Source: a virus
Direction: 5' to 3' (one strand)
Virus record (IMG/VR): IMGVR_UViG_3300027861_000011
Location: 96,001-160,000 of that record
DNA length: 64,000 nt
The translations under genes and the position numbers were made by a program. The notes beneath the pieces are model-generated. The model was given only the letters and a program-made list of their open reading frames with translations, was not told where the DNA came from and did no database searches. Shown piece by piece: positions 31,208 to 40,212 of the stretch (the stretch's first letter is position 1; the number at the start of each line of letters is the position of its first letter).

Positions 31208-32164
31208 ATGGGAAATATTATAATTAATATATTAGAATCATTCTTAGGTAAATGCCATAATCATAATGAGGATAGTGGACAATCAGAATTTGATTGTCCA
31301 GCATGTGCTGAAGATAAGGGGTTAGCTCATGGTAATAGTGATGGTAAACATAAGTTAGCAGTAAACTACCAAAGAAACATATTTAGATGTTGGAGATGTG
31401 GTTTTGAAAATAATATGCATGGTAAGGTACCTAAATTAATCAAGAGGTACGGTAATAATAGAATTTTAAAGGAGTATGTATTAGTTAGACCAGATAATGA
31501 TGATGAAAAACAGGTACTAACTCAAATCGAAGTAAAGTTACCAAAAGGGTTTAAGAGACTTTCAGATTGTGATGGTAATTTCTATAAATACGACACAGCT
31601 TATAAATACATAACTGATAGAGGTATTACTGATGAAATGATTGATTTCTATGATATTGGATATACCGTTAGTGGTAAAAGACATGACAGAATCATAATAC
31701 CATCTTATGATAGCTTTGGTGATTTAAATTATTATATTGCTAGGTCATGGAGTAAATGGAATAAACCTAAGTATTTAAATCCACAAGCTGAAAAGCAATT
31801 ACTTATCTTTAATGAAAATAAGATTAATTGGGATGGTACTATCTATCTAGTGGAAGGAGCATTCGATAGTATTGTAATACCTAATTCCATACCCCTTTTA
31901 GGTAAGATGTTATCAGAGAAGCTTAAAATAGCCCTACTAGATAAAGCCAGAGCTGAAGTTGTTATTGTATTAGATGAAGATGCGTATGATGCTGCATTAA
32001 AAATTTACAGGAACTTAAATGTGGGTGGATTATATAATAGAATTAAGATATGTATTCCACCATATGGGCAAGACCCTTCATCCATATTTGAAAAGGATGG
32101 TAATAACGGAATAATAAAGTTTTTAAAGACTTCTATGCAAATTCCAGAAAGTAGATTATATTAA
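31208..32164 (+). CDS. DNA primase
   Basis: Zn-binding CPAC...CWRC, KYLN, Toprim YLVEGAFD and VLDEDA. Confidence 0.9.
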   Translation: MGNIIINILESFLGKCHNHNEDSGQSEFDCPACAEDKGLAHGNSDGKHKLAVNYQRNIFRCWRCGFENNMHGKVPKLIKRYGNNRILKEYVLVRPDNDDEKQVLTQIEVKLPKGFKRLSDCDGNFYKYDTAYKYITDRGITDEMIDFYDIGYTVSGKRHDRIIIPSYDSFGDLNYYIARSWSKWNKPKYLNPQAEKQLLIFNENKINWDGTIYLVEGAFDSIVIPNSIPLLGKMLSEKLKIALLDKARAEVVIVLDEDAYDAALKIYRNLNVGGLYNRIKICIPPYGQDPSSIFEKDGNNGIIKFLKTSMQIPESRLY

Positions 32165-32862
32165 ATAACTCTTTTAGCATTGGTAACATGAATTGTTGAT
32201 GGGTTGTATATCACAATATGTGCATCATCACCTTTAGCTGGTAAGTAAACGCCATCATAACCTAACTTCACCATATTTTTAACATAAGCTACTGGTTCTT
32301 CTCTGTAAACATCATAATAAAGGGTAACAAAGACTTCCTTTTCACTTTGAGCCATACTAATGTACCTTCCAACCATTTCTTCAATACCATCATCATAACC
32401 TTTAGCTATTGCTTTCCAGTTAGATGCCATTTTGATTAATTTAGTTACAGGTTCTATTAAGTATTCTAAATCATAAGCTTTTTCGTCAGATACTAAATTT
32501 TTAACTTTTAAATCCACTTCATAAACAAATCCACCAGCTGCGTATTTAAGGGCTTCATCAGATTTTGTTGTGAAGTAAATACCAGGACCCTCTTGGTCAT
32601 TAGCTTCTTTACCACCAACAAACTCATCACTAAATTGTCCTATTTTATTCGGTGTACCATGAAACGCTTTAATTGTACCATTAACTTTTTTAACTGGTTT
32701 TTCAGATGGCATATCTAATACATCGTCAAACTCATCAAACTCATCAAAGTCATCATAATCATCATACTCACTTAATTTAAATTTATCGTCAGTTGCTGAA
32801 CCAACAACATGACTATCACGTTCTAAATTCTCCCTAAGTTTTCTTTTTATGAAACCTTTCAT
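32161..32862 (-). CDS. ADP-ribosyltransferase-fold protein (ART-PolyVal-like)
   Basis: AFHGT, GPGIYFT..A.KYA, GYDGV, +V+YNP motifs; usual catalytic Glu position reads His. Confidence 0.65.
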   Translation of the reverse strand: MKGFIKRKLRENLERDSHVVGSATDDKFKLSEYDDYDDFDEFDEFDDVLDMPSEKPVKKVNGTIKAFHGTPNKIGQFSDEFVGGKEANDQEGPGIYFTTKSDEALKYAAGGFVYEVDLKVKNLVSDEKAYDLEYLIEPVTKLIKMASNWKAIAKGYDDGIEEMVGRYISMAQSEKEVFVTLYYDVYREEPVAYVKNMVKLGYDGVYLPAKGDDAHIVIYNPSTIHVTNAKRVI

Positions 32863-32876
32863 AATAATTCTTTTAA

Positions 32877-32917
32877 TATAAATATGTTGTACTTTTATTA
32901 AAAAGTCCGTATATTTG
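32877..32917. promoter_or_regulatory. Divergent promoters: minus-strand TATTTATA (32877-84) and plus-strand TATATTTG (32910-17)
   Basis: Between the divergent ART-like and PD-(D/E)xK genes. Confidence 0.55.
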
Positions 32918-32963
32918 TAGAAAGTAAAATATTAAAATAAAAAATTAAGTGACATAATTAACA

Positions 32964-33905
32964 ATGGGTGATAAGAACGAAGAATTATTAAAGATTGGTC
33001 AAGAGATTAGAGATGTAATCTCAGAAAAACAAAAGGAATTAAATTTAACCTTTGTTGAGGATACTCATACCTACCATATTAGAGATAAACATGGAAATAT
33101 GACAACAAAGTTCCCTAGCGTATCAACAGTTATAGGTCAATTCTATAAACCATTTCCAGATTTAAATAAATCATACCAAATGTGTGATGGTGATTTAATA
33201 GACCAAGATAAGTTACTTAAAGAATGGAGAGCCACAGCCGATTATGCTAATAGTAAGGGGTCCAGAGTTCATTATCTATTGGAGATGGACCTACTTAAAC
33301 AATATGGTTCTTATAAAGAAGTAAGAAAACCAATATTTGATTGTGATGAAGAACAAACGGCTGATGGCAATGCAATGATTGATGCTGGTCATGACTTCAT
33401 AAGACTTATGCATCGTAGAGGTGCTGTATTGTTAGATACAGAGATGGTATTAGGTTCTTCTACATTAGAATATACAGGTCAACCAGATAAGGTATGGCTC
33501 ATACATGATATAGATGGTTCAGTTGGATTTATAATAACTGATTGGAAAACCAATAAGGCAAAGAACTTTGAAGTACATGCTTATACAACAGAGATGTTAC
33601 CACCATTTGAAGAACATATGGATACAGCGTTAGCCCACTATAAAATACAGTTACCATTATATGGTAGACTTATATTAGACATGCTTAAAGGAACTAAGTA
33701 TAAGGACCTTAAGTTCTTAGGTGCAGTTATAGTTCATTTAACGGCTGAAAGAACCTTTAGAGAGATAAGAGTTGAGAATTCGTTTATAGATACGGTTTTA
33801 ACTATGGACCCATTACCAAGAATAAAAGAAGTGTTAGATTATAAGTACCTTCAAGTAGACAGAGAAGAGAAAAGGAAATTATTAGTAGAAAATTTAAATA
33901 AATGA
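32964..33905 (+). CDS. PD-(D/E)xK exonuclease (RecB/Cas4-like superfamily)
   Basis: GQPDK, ITDWKT, QLPLY motifs. Confidence 0.8.
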   Translation: MGDKNEELLKIGQEIRDVISEKQKELNLTFVEDTHTYHIRDKHGNMTTKFPSVSTVIGQFYKPFPDLNKSYQMCDGDLIDQDKLLKEWRATADYANSKGSRVHYLLEMDLLKQYGSYKEVRKPIFDCDEEQTADGNAMIDAGHDFIRLMHRRGAVLLDTEMVLGSSTLEYTGQPDKVWLIHDIDGSVGFIITDWKTNKAKNFEVHAYTTEMLPPFEEHMDTALAHYKIQLPLYGRLILDMLKGTKYKDLKFLGAVIVHLTAERTFREIRVENSFIDTVLTMDPLPRIKEVLDYKYLQVDREEKRKLLVENLNK

Positions 33906-34807
33906 GTAAAGAAACGACACATATATGTATAGGATGTAAAATAGAATTACCAAAAACTACTGAGTTTTATAGGTTTAGAAAAGATAGGGGTAGGTTTAGT
34001 ACCAAATGTATAACGTGTGAAAGGGTTTATGGTAAGAAACACCATGAAAAAAATAAAGAAAGAAATTTAGCACTTGGTAAGGAAAGATACCATGAAAATA
34101 TAGAGCAAGAAAGGTTAAGAAGTAAGAAATATTATGAAAATAATAAGGAAAAAATATCAGAACAAGCTAAACAGTATTATGAAAATAATAAGGAAAAAAT
34201 ATCAGACTATCAAAAAAAACGTAGGGTAGAAAATAGTGAACACTATAAGAATATCGCTAAAAAAAGTTATGATAAATGTGTTGAAAGTCGTAAACGATAT
34301 TATGAAAATAATAAAGAAAAAATAAGTGAGGCTAATAAAAAGTGGAGAGAAAATAATGTAGAAGGTAATAGAGAATATCAAAAAGAGTGGAGAGAAAATA
34401 ACGCAGAAAGTCAGAGAGAATATCAGAGAGAATATTATAAAAAAAGAAAAAGTATAGACCCAACCTTTTCTTTAGGGATTAAGGTTAGGTCAACAATTAA
34501 AAATGCCTTTATATATAAAGGTTATAAAAAAAATGGTAAATCAAGTGAAATATTAGGTTGTTCATTTAAATTTTTTAGGGAATATATTGAAGAACAATTT
34601 GAAGAATGGATGAATTGGGATAATAGGGGTTTATATAATGGTGAAGAAAATTTTGGATGGGATGTTGACCACATAATACCGATATCACACGCTGAATCTG
34701 AGGAAGATGTAGTTAGATTAAGTCATTATCTTAATTTAAGACCTTTATGTAGTTATAAAAATAGAGTTGGTAGAAGGGGTGAAGCAAAAAGAAAAAAGAA
34801 AAAATGA
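33902..34807 (+). CDS. Free-standing HNH homing endonuclease-like protein
   Basis: N-terminal CxxC...CxxC, repeated YYENNKEKIS helices, WDVDHIIP...HYLNLRPL motif. Confidence 0.8.
   Translation: MSKETTHICIGCKIELPKTTEFYRFRKDRGRFSTKCITCERVYGKKHHEKNKERNLALGKERYHENIEQERLRSKKYYENNKEKISEQAKQYYENNKEKISDYQKKRRVENSEHYKNIAKKSYDKCVESRKRYYENNKEKISEANKKWRENNVEGNREYQKEWRENNAESQREYQREYYKKRKSIDPTFSLGIKVRSTIKNAFIYKGYKKNGKSSEILGCSFKFFREYIEEQFEEWMNWDNRGLYNGEENFGWDVDHIIPISHAESEEDVVRLSHYLNLRPLCSYKNRVGRRGEAKRKKKK
34130..34206 (+). repeat. 32-bp direct repeat with 45-bp period inside the HNH gene
   Basis: tattatgaaaataataaggaaaaaatatcaga at 34130 and 34175; degenerate third copy near 34298. Confidence 0.85.
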
Positions 34808-35616
34808 AGATAAAGAAAGTAATACACATTGCTGATATACATATCAGAACATTTAGAATGCACGATGAGTACGGTGCGGCTTTTAAGACGTTTCTAAAGA
34901 AGATTAGAGAATTAGTGAAGGATTATGATAGAGAAGAGATTCGTATCGTTATAGCTGGTGATTATGTTCACCAAAAGATAACCATATCCAACGAGTTACT
35001 GATACTTGGTACTTGGTTCCTTAGAAAGTTAGAGAAGATTGCTCCAGTTGTTATTATAGCTGGTAATCATGACCTTTTAGAGAATAACAAAGATAGGGTT
35101 GATTCTATCACCCCAATGGTACAGTTACTTCCTGGATTAGATATTAAGTACCTTAAGGATTCTATTTGCTATCCAGACGAAAACATTGTTTGGGCTAATT
35201 ACTCTATTTTTGAGGAAAACGCTAGACCAGACATTGAAACTAGTAGGGTTGACCATGACGATAAGACTTATGTAGGTCTTTACCATGCACCGATAATGGG
35301 TGCTACAACCGATATAGGTTATGAGTTCGATGAATCAACTTCATTAGAACATTTTGAAGGTTGTGACATTGTAATGATGGGTGATATTCATAAAAGACAG
35401 ATATTCAACTATAAGGGTATTCCTATTGCTTATCCGTCTAGTCTTATTCAACAAAATTTTGGAGAGACAGTTTCAAAGCATGGTTTCTTGTGGTGGGATA
35501 TTGAAAGTAAGACATATGAGGAATTTGATATTGATACAGACTATGGTTTCTATCAATTTAAGATTGATTCATTAGATGATTTAGAAAATGGTACAGAAAG
35601 ACTCACTAACGCCTAA
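34804..35616 (+). CDS. Mre11/SbcD/T4 gp47-like metallophosphoesterase nuclease
   Basis: HIADIH, AGD, AGNHD, GLYH, GDIHK motifs. Confidence 0.9.
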   Translation: MKIKKVIHIADIHIRTFRMHDEYGAAFKTFLKKIRELVKDYDREEIRIVIAGDYVHQKITISNELLILGTWFLRKLEKIAPVVIIAGNHDLLENNKDRVDSITPMVQLLPGLDIKYLKDSICYPDENIVWANYSIFEENARPDIETSRVDHDDKTYVGLYHAPIMGATTDIGYEFDESTSLEHFEGCDIVMMGDIHKRQIFNYKGIPIAYPSSLIQQNFGETVSKHGFLWWDIESKTYEEFDIDTDYGFYQFKIDSLDDLENGTERLTNA

Positions 35617-36320
35617 TGGAATTACCAAAGAACATAAAAGATGAAATCTGGGAATATTGTCGTGTAAATGATATTTCTGGTGTTGATGACTTTATCACAA
35701 AGATGGTGAAGCAAGGTTTTACAGCTGAAAAGTTCGGTTCAACACCATGGGAGAAAGAACCAGAAATCAAAGAAGTAATTAAAGAAGTTATAAAAGAAGT
35801 ACCAGTTGAAAAGATTGTGGAAGTTGAAAAGATTGTAGAAGTCATTAAGGAAGTTACGGTTGAAAAAGAAGTAGTTAAAGAAGTTATAAAAGAAGTGCCA
35901 ATTGAAAAGGAAGTTTATATAACTAATGACGATGAAGTTAAGAAGTTAACAGAACTTTTAGAATCCCATAAAAAAAATGAAAGTGTACATAAGAAATCAC
36001 TACTTGAAAAAGTACAGGAGTTAACTGAAATAAATGAAGTGATTGATAGTAAAGATTTGGAGATAAATAATTTATATAAAGACTTAGAAACAAGAAAAAA
36101 TAAAATATCTGGTTTAAATCTTAAAGTAGGTAGGTTAGAAGCTAACATTATAAAGCTAGACGAAGAACTAGACGTAATCAAGACGGAGTTAGAAGAAAGT
36201 AAAAAACAATTAGAAGAAGAGGTTAAGAAACCAAAACAAAAAGAAGATGATATTTACGGGGAAAATAAAAAAGGTTTATTCGGGTCAAACACAAGTGATA
36301 TATGGAAAAAGAAGAAATAA
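35616..36320 (+). CDS. Coiled-coil protein with VEK/IKEV repeats
   Basis: KEVIKEVIKEVPVEKIVEVEKIVEVIKEV... followed by a heptad-rich region. Confidence 0.7.
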   Translation: MELPKNIKDEIWEYCRVNDISGVDDFITKMVKQGFTAEKFGSTPWEKEPEIKEVIKEVIKEVPVEKIVEVEKIVEVIKEVTVEKEVVKEVIKEVPIEKEVYITNDDEVKKLTELLESHKKNESVHKKSLLEKVQELTEINEVIDSKDLEINNLYKDLETRKNKISGLNLKVGRLEANIIKLDEELDVIKTELEESKKQLEEEVKKPKQKEDDIYGENKKGLFGSNTSDIWKKKK

Positions 36321-38671
36321 AAAAAATGGTAACTGTACCACCATACGCAAAGATAAAGGTCTATTGGGACGATTCTCCAGAAAACTATTCAAGAGAGTCT
36401 AGAAATAGGGTAAAGAAATATTTCTCAACCAAGTACGGTATACCACCACAAAGCGTTAATGTTGTCTATAGACCAGTTAAGATTAATAAGAGTGGTGAAG
36501 TAATACAAATTGATGGTGCTACCATTGATAATATTATGAATTCATCTCACCAAAGAGAATTATTCAAAGAATGGTTAACTAGAGAAAATAAAGACGTAGA
36601 TTTTACTAGAATAGTTGCGTTAGACAATAAGGTTAATTCTGAATTAAATATTGACCTAGAAGAGAAGATGCATAGGAAGTATAGACTTAAATGGCTTATG
36701 ATAAATAACTTCCTATCCTATGGTGAAGGTAATTTCTTCCCCGTTGATAAATTTAAAGGGTTTACAGTTGTAAATTCAAATCCAGCTAATCAAGGAGGTA
36801 AAACGACACTTACGATTGATGCTGTAAAATTTCTTTTCTTTGGTAAAACCACTAAGACAGATAAGAATGAAGAAGTGTTCAATACATATAATGACTCTGA
36901 AGAAATGACCGTTAAAGGTCTTATAGAGATTGAAGGTGAGGAAGATATTATTATTGAAAGATTATTAACTAGAAAACCTAAAAGAAAGGGTGGGTGGAAT
37001 ATAAGTAATAAATTATCTTTTTATAAGCTACTTCCAGATGGTGAAGAAGAAGAGTTGAATGAAGCTGATGCAATTAAGACAACACAATTAATTAAAGATA
37101 CGGTTGGTACTGAATCTGATTTTGACCTTGTAGTGTTAGCAACATCTAGAAATTTAGATAGTCTTATTGATTCTACTGCTGGTGAGAGTGGTAAATTACT
37201 TACTAGATTTATTGGGTTGGAAATAATAGCACTTAAGGAAGAGGCGGCTAGAAAGATGTCTAACACCTTCAGCAAGACCATGAAGTCAAATCTTTATGAT
37301 ACTGAAACACTTAAAGAAGAAATCGGTGAACATAATATTACCTTAGAATATCTAAGTAAAGAAACGATTGAAATTAATGCTAAATTAAAAACTGAGAAAG
37401 CGATACAAAAGAAATATAACGATGATAAGATTAAATTAGTTTCATCAAAGGATAAAATTGATGCTAATATACTTTCCATGAACCCATCTAAGTTAGAAGG
37501 TGAAATTAAAACTATTATAGGTAAGGGCGTTACAGCTAAGAAAGATATTGAAGATATTAAGGCTATAGTTAGAGATATTGGTAAAATTGAATTCGATGAA
37601 GATAGAGATTTCCAATTAGGTAAAGACAAGGGTGTTTTAGTTAGTGATGTAGCTGTTAAGGAAGCTGAAGTAGTTAGACTCACTAAGGTAATTGATGATT
37701 TAATTGCTGGGGGCATCTGTAAGGCTTGTAATAGAGCTTTAGATAATATTGATAATACAGAACACGTCAATAAACACAATGACCAGATAAAGGTTATTAA
37801 TGATGAATTATTAACTCTTAATAATAAATTAAAGGTTGTTATTACTGAAATAACATCTATGGCAGACACTAAGAAGAAGATTGAGAATAAAAACAATCAA
37901 GAACTTAAAAAAGATAGACTTGAAGTAGAAATGGATAGTTTAAGGGTTAAATTAAAAGAGAAAAAAGGTGATTTAAAGAAGTATAATCATAATTTAGATG
38001 CTATTGAAGGTAATAAGAAGATTGATATTGAAATAAGTGCCATTGATACTAAGATTGCTGTTTGTGATAATAAAAAAGATGAGTTAACTGCTACCTTACA
38101 ACAATTTGCAATAGACACAAGCTTTAATACTAAAGAAATAGTTAAAAAAAAAGGTCTTATAGTAACTATAAATAAGGAAAAGGAAGTAGATACTTTATTT
38201 AAGATTTATATTGATATGGTTGGTAAAAAGGGTATTAGTAAACTAGTACTTAGGTCAGTACTACCAATAATCAATAGTGAACTACAAAGACTACTAGAGG
38301 ACATAACTGATTTTGAGGTTGAAGTTTTTATTGACGATAAGAATGAAGTTAGATATTTATTAGTTAAAGATGAAAAAGAAAAACCACTTAAGTCTGGTAG
38401 TGGGTTTGAGTTGACAACTGCTAGTATTGCTTTAAGATGTGTCTTAGGTAAGATGTCATCGCTACCGACACCTAACTTTGTGACATTTGATGAAGTACTA
38501 GGTAGGGTAGCACCAGAGAACATCTCAAAGATGAAACCATTATTCGAAAGAATATCGGACATGTTTGATATTGTGTTCTTTATAACCCAAATCACAGAGG
38601 TAAAAGATTGGAGTGATAACATCATAACGGTGAATAAGGATAAAAATATTTCACAAATTAATATAGTTTAA
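36302..38671 (+). CDS. Rad50/SbcC/T4 gp46-like SMC ATPase with N-terminal extension
   Basis: GGKTT Walker A, coiled coil with CKAC Zn hook, SGSGFE signature, FDEV Walker B. Confidence 0.9.
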   Translation: MEKEEIKKMVTVPPYAKIKVYWDDSPENYSRESRNRVKKYFSTKYGIPPQSVNVVYRPVKINKSGEVIQIDGATIDNIMNSSHQRELFKEWLTRENKDVDFTRIVALDNKVNSELNIDLEEKMHRKYRLKWLMINNFLSYGEGNFFPVDKFKGFTVVNSNPANQGGKTTLTIDAVKFLFFGKTTKTDKNEEVFNTYNDSEEMTVKGLIEIEGEEDIIIERLLTRKPKRKGGWNISNKLSFYKLLPDGEEEELNEADAIKTTQLIKDTVGTESDFDLVVLATSRNLDSLIDSTAGESGKLLTRFIGLEIIALKEEAARKMSNTFSKTMKSNLYDTETLKEEIGEHNITLEYLSKETIEINAKLKTEKAIQKKYNDDKIKLVSSKDKIDANILSMNPSKLEGEIKTIIGKGVTAKKDIEDIKAIVRDIGKIEFDEDRDFQLGKDKGVLVSDVAVKEAEVVRLTKVIDDLIAGGICKACNRALDNIDNTEHVNKHNDQIKVINDELLTLNNKLKVVITEITSMADTKKKIENKNNQELKKDRLEVEMDSLRVKLKEKKGDLKKYNHNLDAIEGNKKIDIEISAIDTKIAVCDNKKDELTATLQQFAIDTSFNTKEIVKKKGLIVTINKEKEVDTLFKIYIDMVGKKGISKLVLRSVLPIINSELQRLLEDITDFEVEVFIDDKNEVRYLLVKDEKEKPLKSGSGFELTTASIALRCVLGKMSSLPTPNFVTFDEVLGRVAPENISKMKPLFERISDMFDIVFFITQITEVKDWSDNIITVNKDKNISQINIV

Positions 38672-38703
38672 TTTGCAAAATATTAAAATTATTAGTATAT
38701 TTG
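38672..38703 (+). promoter_or_regulatory. Bacteroidetes-type promoter TTTG-N20-TATATTTG
   Basis: Upstream of 38728. Confidence 0.7.
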
Positions 38704-38727
38704 TATTATAATAAAAAAAAAAGAAAG

Positions 38728-39264
38728 ATGAAATTTAAAAATTACTGTATTATAGTGTTAGGTAAAACTGAAGGTTGTTTAACGGAAATTAATAAAATTG
38801 CTGAAGGAAAAGTAAAAATCTTACCAGCTAAAGGAATTACAATCGGAACCTTTAATAGCGTATTTAAAGTTATGGAATTAGATGATTATTTTAAATCACT
38901 TGGAAGAAACTTCTTTGTATTTGAATTAAACCCTAAAACATCTGGTTATAATATAAATAATGAAGAAGTTCGACATGAATTATTTGGGAAATCAAAAGAT
39001 ATCAATCTTGAATTGGAGAGGATGTCTGATAACCTTATAGATGATATTAAATCCACCATATCTGGGTTTAATCCAAGACCAATAACTGGTTCTAGTAAAA
39101 GCTTTATAATAGGAGACGATGATTCAGATATTTCCAGTGATTTTTACGAAACACTAAATCCTAAAGAAAAACAAACCTTAATGGACAATATTATAGATAA
39201 GGGTGTTGATAATTTAACAGACGCTGATAAAGAAATATTAGTTATTCTATCAAAAAAGCAATAA
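38728..39264 (+). CDS. Hypothetical protein
   Basis: ATG at 38728 downstream of a TAnnTTTG promoter; the track's TTG start lies inside the promoter. Confidence 0.55.
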   Translation: MKFKNYCIIVLGKTEGCLTEINKIAEGKVKILPAKGITIGTFNSVFKVMELDDYFKSLGRNFFVFELNPKTSGYNINNEEVRHELFGKSKDINLELERMSDNLIDDIKSTISGFNPRPITGSSKSFIIGDDDSDISSDFYETLNPKEKQTLMDNIIDKGVDNLTDADKEILVILSKKQ

Positions 39265-39355
39265 AAAGCAATAAAAAGTAAACTTTTTAATATTAATACG
39301 TATACTTATATGTCCTTATGGATGTAAATAACGAGTTTTTATATGAATAGTAAAA

Positions 39356-40192
39356 ATGACAAAAGTATATGTTAATGTAAGTGGAGATGATAGCATCTCA
39401 AAGTATTTTAAAGATGTAAGAAAGTCTGAACTATTAACTTCAGAAGAGGAAGTTAATTTAGCAATAAGAATAAAAAACGGTGATGATAAAGCAATTGAAA
39501 TATTAGTTAATTCAAATCTAAAGTTTGTTATATCGGTAGCCAAGGAGTATCAAGGCCAAGGTCTTGCTCTTCCAGATTTAATCAATGAAGGTAATTATGG
39601 TTTAATCAAAGCGGCAACACGTTATGACCACACCAGAGGTTTCCGTTTTATATCATACGCTGTATGGTGGATTAAACAATCGATTATCCAAAGTCTTAAT
39701 GACAACTCAAGAACGATTAGGTTACCATCTAATGTGATTAGTAAAGTTTCTAGTACTAGGAAAGAAATTGAGAGATTCAAGTTAGAAAACGAAAGAGAGC
39801 CAATTTACGGTGATTTATTTGATGATGACGGTAATCTAATAGATATTTTGTCCACCCCTAGATGTACGTCATTAAATCAAACAATCAATGATGAGGGTGA
39901 TGAGTTATGTCTTCTTTTAGAAGATAAAGACGCACTTAAGGAAGAAAACTTCTACGATGTTGATGAAAGGGTTAAATATGAAATAGATAAAGTATTATCT
40001 TCTTTAAGTGATAGAGAAAGGGAAATTGTTGAATGTTATTATGGTATTAATAAGGATTTTGATAGTATGACTCTTGAAGCTATTGGGGATAAATATAATC
40101 TAACTAAAGAGAGAATTAGACAAATCAAAGAAAAGGCAATAAGAAAAATAAGACACAACGCTCATGGTTTATTTGATGCGTTAAATGAATAG
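39356..40192 (+). CDS. RNA polymerase sigma-70 factor, Bacteroidetes primary-sigma-like (no region 1.1)
   Basis: NLKFVISVAKEYQGQGL..PDLINEGN.GL, GFRFISYAVWWI, region 4 TLEAIG...TKERIRQI. Confidence 0.92.
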   Translation: MTKVYVNVSGDDSISKYFKDVRKSELLTSEEEVNLAIRIKNGDDKAIEILVNSNLKFVISVAKEYQGQGLALPDLINEGNYGLIKAATRYDHTRGFRFISYAVWWIKQSIIQSLNDNSRTIRLPSNVISKVSSTRKEIERFKLENEREPIYGDLFDDDGNLIDILSTPRCTSLNQTINDEGDELCLLLEDKDALKEENFYDVDERVKYEIDKVLSSLSDREREIVECYYGINKDFDSMTLEAIGDKYNLTKERIRQIKEKAIRKIRHNAHGLFDALNE

Positions 40193-40212
40193 CCTAATAT
40201 TTATATAATACT

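Noticed and set aside
32964-33905. Cas4 implying a CRISPR-Cas locus
   Set aside because: Generic PD-(D/E)xK nuclease; no repeat-spacer array or other cas genes seen
38701-38727. TTG/extended starts in the track at 38701, 51934, 54191, 57658 and 59402
   Set aside because: Extensions run through promoter or terminator motifs or upstream genes; downstream ATGs preferred
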